Source: the human T2T-CHM13v2.0 reference genome, Homo sapiens
Length of the DNA stretch: 64,000 bases
Direction: 5' to 3' (one strand)
NCBI RefSeq assembly: GCF_009914755.1
Contig: NC_060938.1
In this document: one piece after another, positions 56,881-64,000 of the stretch
Layout of the letters: the number at the start of each line of letters is the position of its first letter
Position numbering within the stretch: position 1 is the stretch's first letter
Program-made: the position numbers and the translations under genes
Notes under the pieces: model-generated
What the model saw: only the letters and a program-made list of their open reading frames with translations
Databases searched by the model: none
Told to the model about the DNA's origin: nothing

Positions 56881-57549
56881 TCACCTGGTAAACATTTGTA
56901 TGGGGGAAAGGCATACAAGCACCTTTTCTGGTTAGTCAGCGGGGTGAGGTTCTGGTGCCAGGTTCGGGCCTGCCTCAGCATGTAAACTTAGATAATTTCC
57001 TTCATTTCTTTGGGACCTCACATTCTCCTTCATTGACTACAAAATGAGGAAGTAGGTCATTCCCTTATATCTAACAAGCAAAAATTAGCTCCTTTTAAGA
57101 GGAGCTTGATTTTTTAAAAAAATTTATACATCCAAATGACTGTTCTCCCTGGAAATCTACACATAATCTACTTATCACCATAAAGTTACCATCATTTACA
57201 ATGTTTGTTTGTTTGTTTCAAGACAGAGTCTCACTGGTCACCTAGGCTGGCAAAATACATGTAATATAAAATTTACCATTTTGACCATTTGTGAGGGTAT
57301 AGCTTAGTGGCTAGGTACATTCACACCATTGTGGAGCCATCACCACTAACTGTTCTCCAGAACTTGTTTATCCTCTCAAACTGAAATTCCGTACCCATCA
57401 AATACCTCCCCATTCTATGAATTTCACTACTCCAGGTACACCATTAAGTGGAATCATACAATATTTGTCCTTTGTGTTTAGCTTATTTCACTTAGCACAA
57501 AGTCAAGGTTCATCTATGCTGTTGCACGTATGGGGATATGGCCTTTTAA

Positions 57550-58001
<452 letters not shown>

Positions 58002-58399
58002 TGAGACTGTGTCTCACTCTGTTGCCCAGGCTGGAGTGCCGTGGCGTCATCTCAGCTCACTGCAAACTCCAACTCCTGGGTTCAAGTGATTCTCATGCCT
58101 CAGCCTCCTGAGTGGTGGGATTACAGGAGTGCACCACCACAACCAGATAATTTTTCTATTTTTTGGTAGAGAGGGGGTTTAACCATGTTGGCCAGGCTGG
58201 CCTTGTGTGGTCCACCCATCTCGGCCTCCCAAAGTGCTGGGATAACAGGTGTGAGCTAGTGCACCCGGCCAAGCCCTGACTTTTGAACCCAATCCTACAT
58301 AAGATGTAATGTCACTGTAATGCTTTATATGGATTTACATTTTGTTAATCACAACAGCATCTAATGTCAGTTATATCTTTTTTTTTTTTTTTTTTTTGA

Positions 58400-58522
<123 letters not shown>

Positions 58523-60781
58523 TGAGACTACAGGTGCAGGTTACCACACACAGCTAATTTTTTTTTTGGTAGAGATGGGGCCTCACTATGTTGCCTAAGC
58601 TGGTCTTGACTCCTGGGCTCAGGCAATCCTCGACCTCAGCCTACCAAAGTGTTGGGACTACAGGTGTGAGCCACCACACCTGTCCTTGTATCCCACTTTT
58701 TAAGTGACCATAAATCATTTTGGATGCGTATATTCTATAATCTCAACTTGAGACCAAGTTCCTCTGAAACATGGAAATTTATTTTGTCATTTTTACTGTG
58801 CCATAGATCCTAGAACTATAAACCTCCTTAGATGTGGCTACTGCCTGAAAGGGCAAATGACAACACACCCTTTACTATGTCTCATTCATTGTTGTGTGCC
58901 ACCCCCTTAATATACACAAGATACTTCAGACAATTTTCTCCATACCACTCACAAAACCCATGGCTGTTTGTTGTTTAAAAAAAGGTAGAGGAAGGTTCAC
59001 CATGGCAAATGGTATGACTCTTGACCATCTATGATGTAACTGAAATGAGCACCAAGGCAGCTATTACTGTTCCTGAGGGGGATGTGTTCTTAGCTACCAG
59101 TACTGAAATAATACCGACAGTCAAAAACGGCTACTTCCATGGAGCAGTATTGTATTATTTTGTAATAAGCTGTCCCAAAAGTGCTGAGCATCATCACTGC
59201 TCTGAGTCAGCACATCTCCAAACTCAGGCATGCTCACTCCTGATCCAAGCCAGACAGTAAGAAGCAGTACTGTACACATATGTACATTCCCTTCCTAGCT
59301 CCTTCCTTTCCTAGACTTTTCTACAACTGTGTTTAGTCATAAATTCTCCTCCTTTATTCTTCCTTTGTTAATGGGTATGAAAATCCGCATTCTCAAGAGG
59401 CAAATTCTAGAATGATTCCAGGAATGTAACTACATAAATGAAAGGGGGAGAAGAAGACCACAGAACCTCTCTCCTTTCACTAACTTCTGTGTGCTAGAAT
59501 ATTCCATTTCCTACCTGATTTCATAAAACACATTTCCTCTTATAAGTGCTCTATAACAACATACTTTTACAGAACTTCACTACATTTATGAGATCCTTTC
59601 TGGACTTCTAAGATTTAAAACAAAACAAAACAGAAACCTTTGAAATCATTTCTTGTGATGATAAAGCCAGGGAGGCAGATAATTCAAGAGACTGATCTCT
59701 ACCCAACTGAGAGGGATCAATAGCAGCTTTTTAAAAATTCTTTAGGCTCAGAATTATGAAACCAATGAATGCTAGAGCTAGGATGTACCTCAGCGATCAT
59801 CTAGTCTAACTTCCTGCCTTTACCACTGAGGACACTAGACCCTGGAGAAACTGAGTGCCTGCCCCACAGTCATTGGAACAGCAAATGTATGGCAGCACTA
59901 GTTCTGGAATGCAAGTGTGCTGACTCCCAGTCCAAGGCTTTTCTGTATATTAAACAACTGTATACTGTATACAACTGAGGGGCATTTTTGTGCTCCCAGA
60001 GTATAGCCTTTAACAACTGGTAAAATCTGTTGAAAAAACAAAAAACCTCTTCCTCTTTTTAGGGAGTTAGAATTGATGCTACAATCAACTACAAACAGCA
60101 AGGTGGCATCCTGGGGAGAATGGGCACCATGAACAAGAATGAACCACTTCAAATACCACTATCCCCCACCCCACAAGCCTGCCCAAATCAGTCACATGTG
60201 AGGGACTCTCTGGGACCAACTCTGTCTCCTTTGGGAAACTGGGTGGATGCTGACATGGAGTAAAATGGAAACAGACAGCTCTGAAAAACAGCACTACAGA
60301 AAGCCTACCTTAATGTTTGACCAAGGTGGGCAGCCTCTCTTCCTTATGGGGATTTGAATTTCCAGCCCAAGAATGCCTAATCTTGGCCCTTTAAAGTTGT
60401 GGAAATAACTTCAGTTTCACCAGCTCATAAATATGTGGTTACTTTGCTTTTGGTGCCTCACTGTGGCAAAATGGAGGACTTACACCCTTTATTTGTACAC
60501 CGTGACAGCTGACTAGATCCCACACCATACAAGAGTTAAAAGCAACAGAGATCCCTCTCAACCAACCTGTTTCCTCATCTGCAAATAGGGACTATAAGAC
60601 TACTGACCTTGTAAGGGTTGTTTGAAAGGGTTAAAAGAAATAATACACATAACATTCACTTAGCAAGTGCCAAATATAATAAGGGCTCAATAAATAGAAA
60701 CCACCATTGTTTCTGAAAGTAAATACTTAGGAAGAACCTAAGAGCAAAAACCAAATTCAGTAGAAAATATGAGGAGTTAGA

Positions 60782-61211
<430 letters not shown>

Positions 61212-63001
61212 TTATACATACTGATCTAAATGATTTAAAATGGAAAACTTTCAATATTTTTATGATACACGTTAAGACATATGGAGAGATGTCTTCAGGT
61301 ATGACAAAACCAAAACTAGAAATCATGACCACAGGCATTTAACATTGATTAGATTAAGAAATTATAGCACATTATAGTACTCTGAGGTAATTGGAGAGAC
61401 CTCTTCAGAGGTTGTAAAACCAAGAGTAGAAATTATGGCCATAGGTATTTAATGAAATATTAAATGGATTAATAATTATTGTAAGTGGTAATGGACAGTT
61501 ACACAAAAACTTCCTAAAACAGGACACATTGTCTCTAGTATCATTCAAAGGCAGAAAGTGAATGGAGACTGTACTTTGGAGAAATACAGTTTTTGTTGTT
61601 TTAATAGGTGGAATATACCCATTTTTAAAGTAATGAAAATGTGGACAACAGAATAGAAATAAATCACAATCATATATCAATATTTTCTTTCCAACAATTC
61701 ACACATTCCATCATCCAATAGGTATCTATGAAGCACCTAGTCTGTGCCTAGGCACTGTTCTGGTACTTAGGAAACACAGTGAAAAAAAAGACAACATTGA
61801 GCTTATATTCTAGCTCAGTGGCTTTCACACTTAGCCTTCATCAGAAACCCCCTGGAGGGCTGTGAAAACACACTGCTTGTTAAAACTTTCTGATTCAATA
61901 GGTCTGGGGTGGGGCCTGAGAATTTGCATTTCTAACAAGTTCCCAAATGATGCTGATGCAGCTGGTTCATGGACCACAATGAAACCACTGTCCTAGTGAA
62001 AGGAAGACAAACAATATACTGTAAATATCATAAATGTGGAAAGTGTCTAATATGTCAGAAAATAAGTACTCTGGAAAAAAAAAGGTAAGAATAGTTGTAT
62101 ACAGGGCTGGTATTCTTAATTTTCATTTAAATAAAATGGCTAGTAGCTCTATTATCAGGCAGTATTCTAAGGACTTTACATATATTAACTCATTTACTCC
62201 TCACAAAAACCCTGTGAAGTAGATACTATGATTTATCCCCATTTGGCAGGAAAAACTAATTGGGTTAAAGTAACCTGTCCAAGGTCACACTGCTACTAGA
62301 AGGTGAATTTAAACTCAGGCAATCTGGCTCTTGAATTCTTGCTGTTAAATATTATACTATATGGCCTCTCAATTCACATACTTCTTCATAATTTTTTTTT
62401 TTTTTTTTGAGACGGAGTCTTGCTCTGTCACCCAGGTTGGAGTGCAATGATGTGATGACAGCTCACTAAAACTTCAAACTGCTAGACTCAAGTGATCCTC
62501 CTGCCTCAGCCTCCTGAGCAGCTGGGATTACAAGTGAGCAGCACCACACTACTCAGCTTTTTTTTTTTTGTAGAGATAGGTCTCACCATGTTGCCAAGGC
62601 TGGTCTCCAACTCTTGGCCTCATGCAATCCTCCTGCCTCAGCCTCCCAAAATGTTGGGATTACAGGCACGAGCCACCACACCTGGCCCCCATATGTTATT
62701 TTTAATGGCAGAAGAAGAAACATTTTGTAAGGCTATATTATGTCATGATCTCTGTTCTACAGGTACCTTTGATATTCTCATCCACAACCCAAACTCTGCT
62801 TCTCCTCTTATGTTTCTTACTTAAGTTCATCATTCACCCAGTTGACCAAGTGAAAAAACGCAGACACCCTGGAACCTTTCTCCCTCACTCCTCATATCCA
62901 TTGAGGCTGGTTAATTTCTGCCTCAAAACCAACTCTTGGGCCGGGAACTGTAGCTCACCCCTGTAACCCCAGCACTTTAAGAGGCTGAGGTGGGTGGATC
63001 A

Positions 63002-63349
<348 letters not shown>

Positions 63350-64000
63350 TCAATCAACTGCTTTACGTCCTTTACTGACTTTCCATATCAAGTCCAAATG
63401 TCTCAATGTGACACTGAGATCCCCTCACAATCTGGCTGTTTCACCTGCCCCTCTACTACTACTTTCCCACATACATTCTAAGCTCCAGAGTTGGGAGTAT
63501 TCCACGTTTTACTCCTGTGTTGCCTCTTCGCATTTCCCATCTAGCAAACTCCCATTCAATCCCTTATATTCAGTTTGAAGTTTTTTGAAGCTTCCCCCTC
63601 TTCCCCATGCTCAAGTCCAGCCCTTTTTATGGTCTCAGAGAACTTTATTTTAGGATTAATCACACACTTGGTTGTAAGGTTTGTTACCTTTTTTTTTTTC
63701 TGAGATAGAGTCTCGCTCTGTCGCCTGCAATCTCTGCCCCCTGGGTTTAATCGATTCTCCTGCCTCAGCCTCCTGAGTAGCTGGGACTACAGGCACATGC
63801 CACCACACCCAGCTAATTTTTGTATTTTGAGTAGAGATGGGGTTTCACCATGTTGACCAGGATGGTCTCCATCCGTGACCTTGTGATCCGCCCGCCTAGG
63901 CCTCCCAAAGTGATGGGACTACCAGCATGAGCCACCGTGCCCGGCCGTTTGTTTCTTTTTAAGGTAAGAACTCTGGAAGTCCTCAGAGCCTAGACAGTGG

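Overview
Alu-dense primate DNA that I recognise from the protein sequences as the human ARG2/VTI1B locus (14q24.1, position recalled). The + strand carries the complete 8-exon ARG2 gene: CDS 13108-44053, 1065 nt, 354 aa, all GT-AG introns in consistent phase, with a CpG-island promoter holding two perfect CRE palindromes. The - strand carries exons 2-6 of VTI1B; exon 1 lies beyond the window end. The two genes overlap tail-to-tail, and VTI1B's transmembrane-anchor exon sits entirely inside the ARG2 3'UTR. Retrocopies present: HMGB1 (8518-9694), COX7A2 (45356-45787), Y1 RNA and 5S rRNA. The most notable find is a heavily fragmented processed copy of PRKCH (PKC-eta) at about 2913-6995. It is split into four pieces by LTR/Alu/MER insertions but still carries the parent's 5'UTR uORF2 (ATG intact) and a 103-codon stop-free C1 zinc-finger frame. 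Other observations: three short local templated duplications, a predicted TM-less VTI1B isoform via intron-5 read-through or intronic polyadenylation, and candidate poison exons in VTI1B intron 1. Parent sequences and repeat family names are from memory, not from searches.
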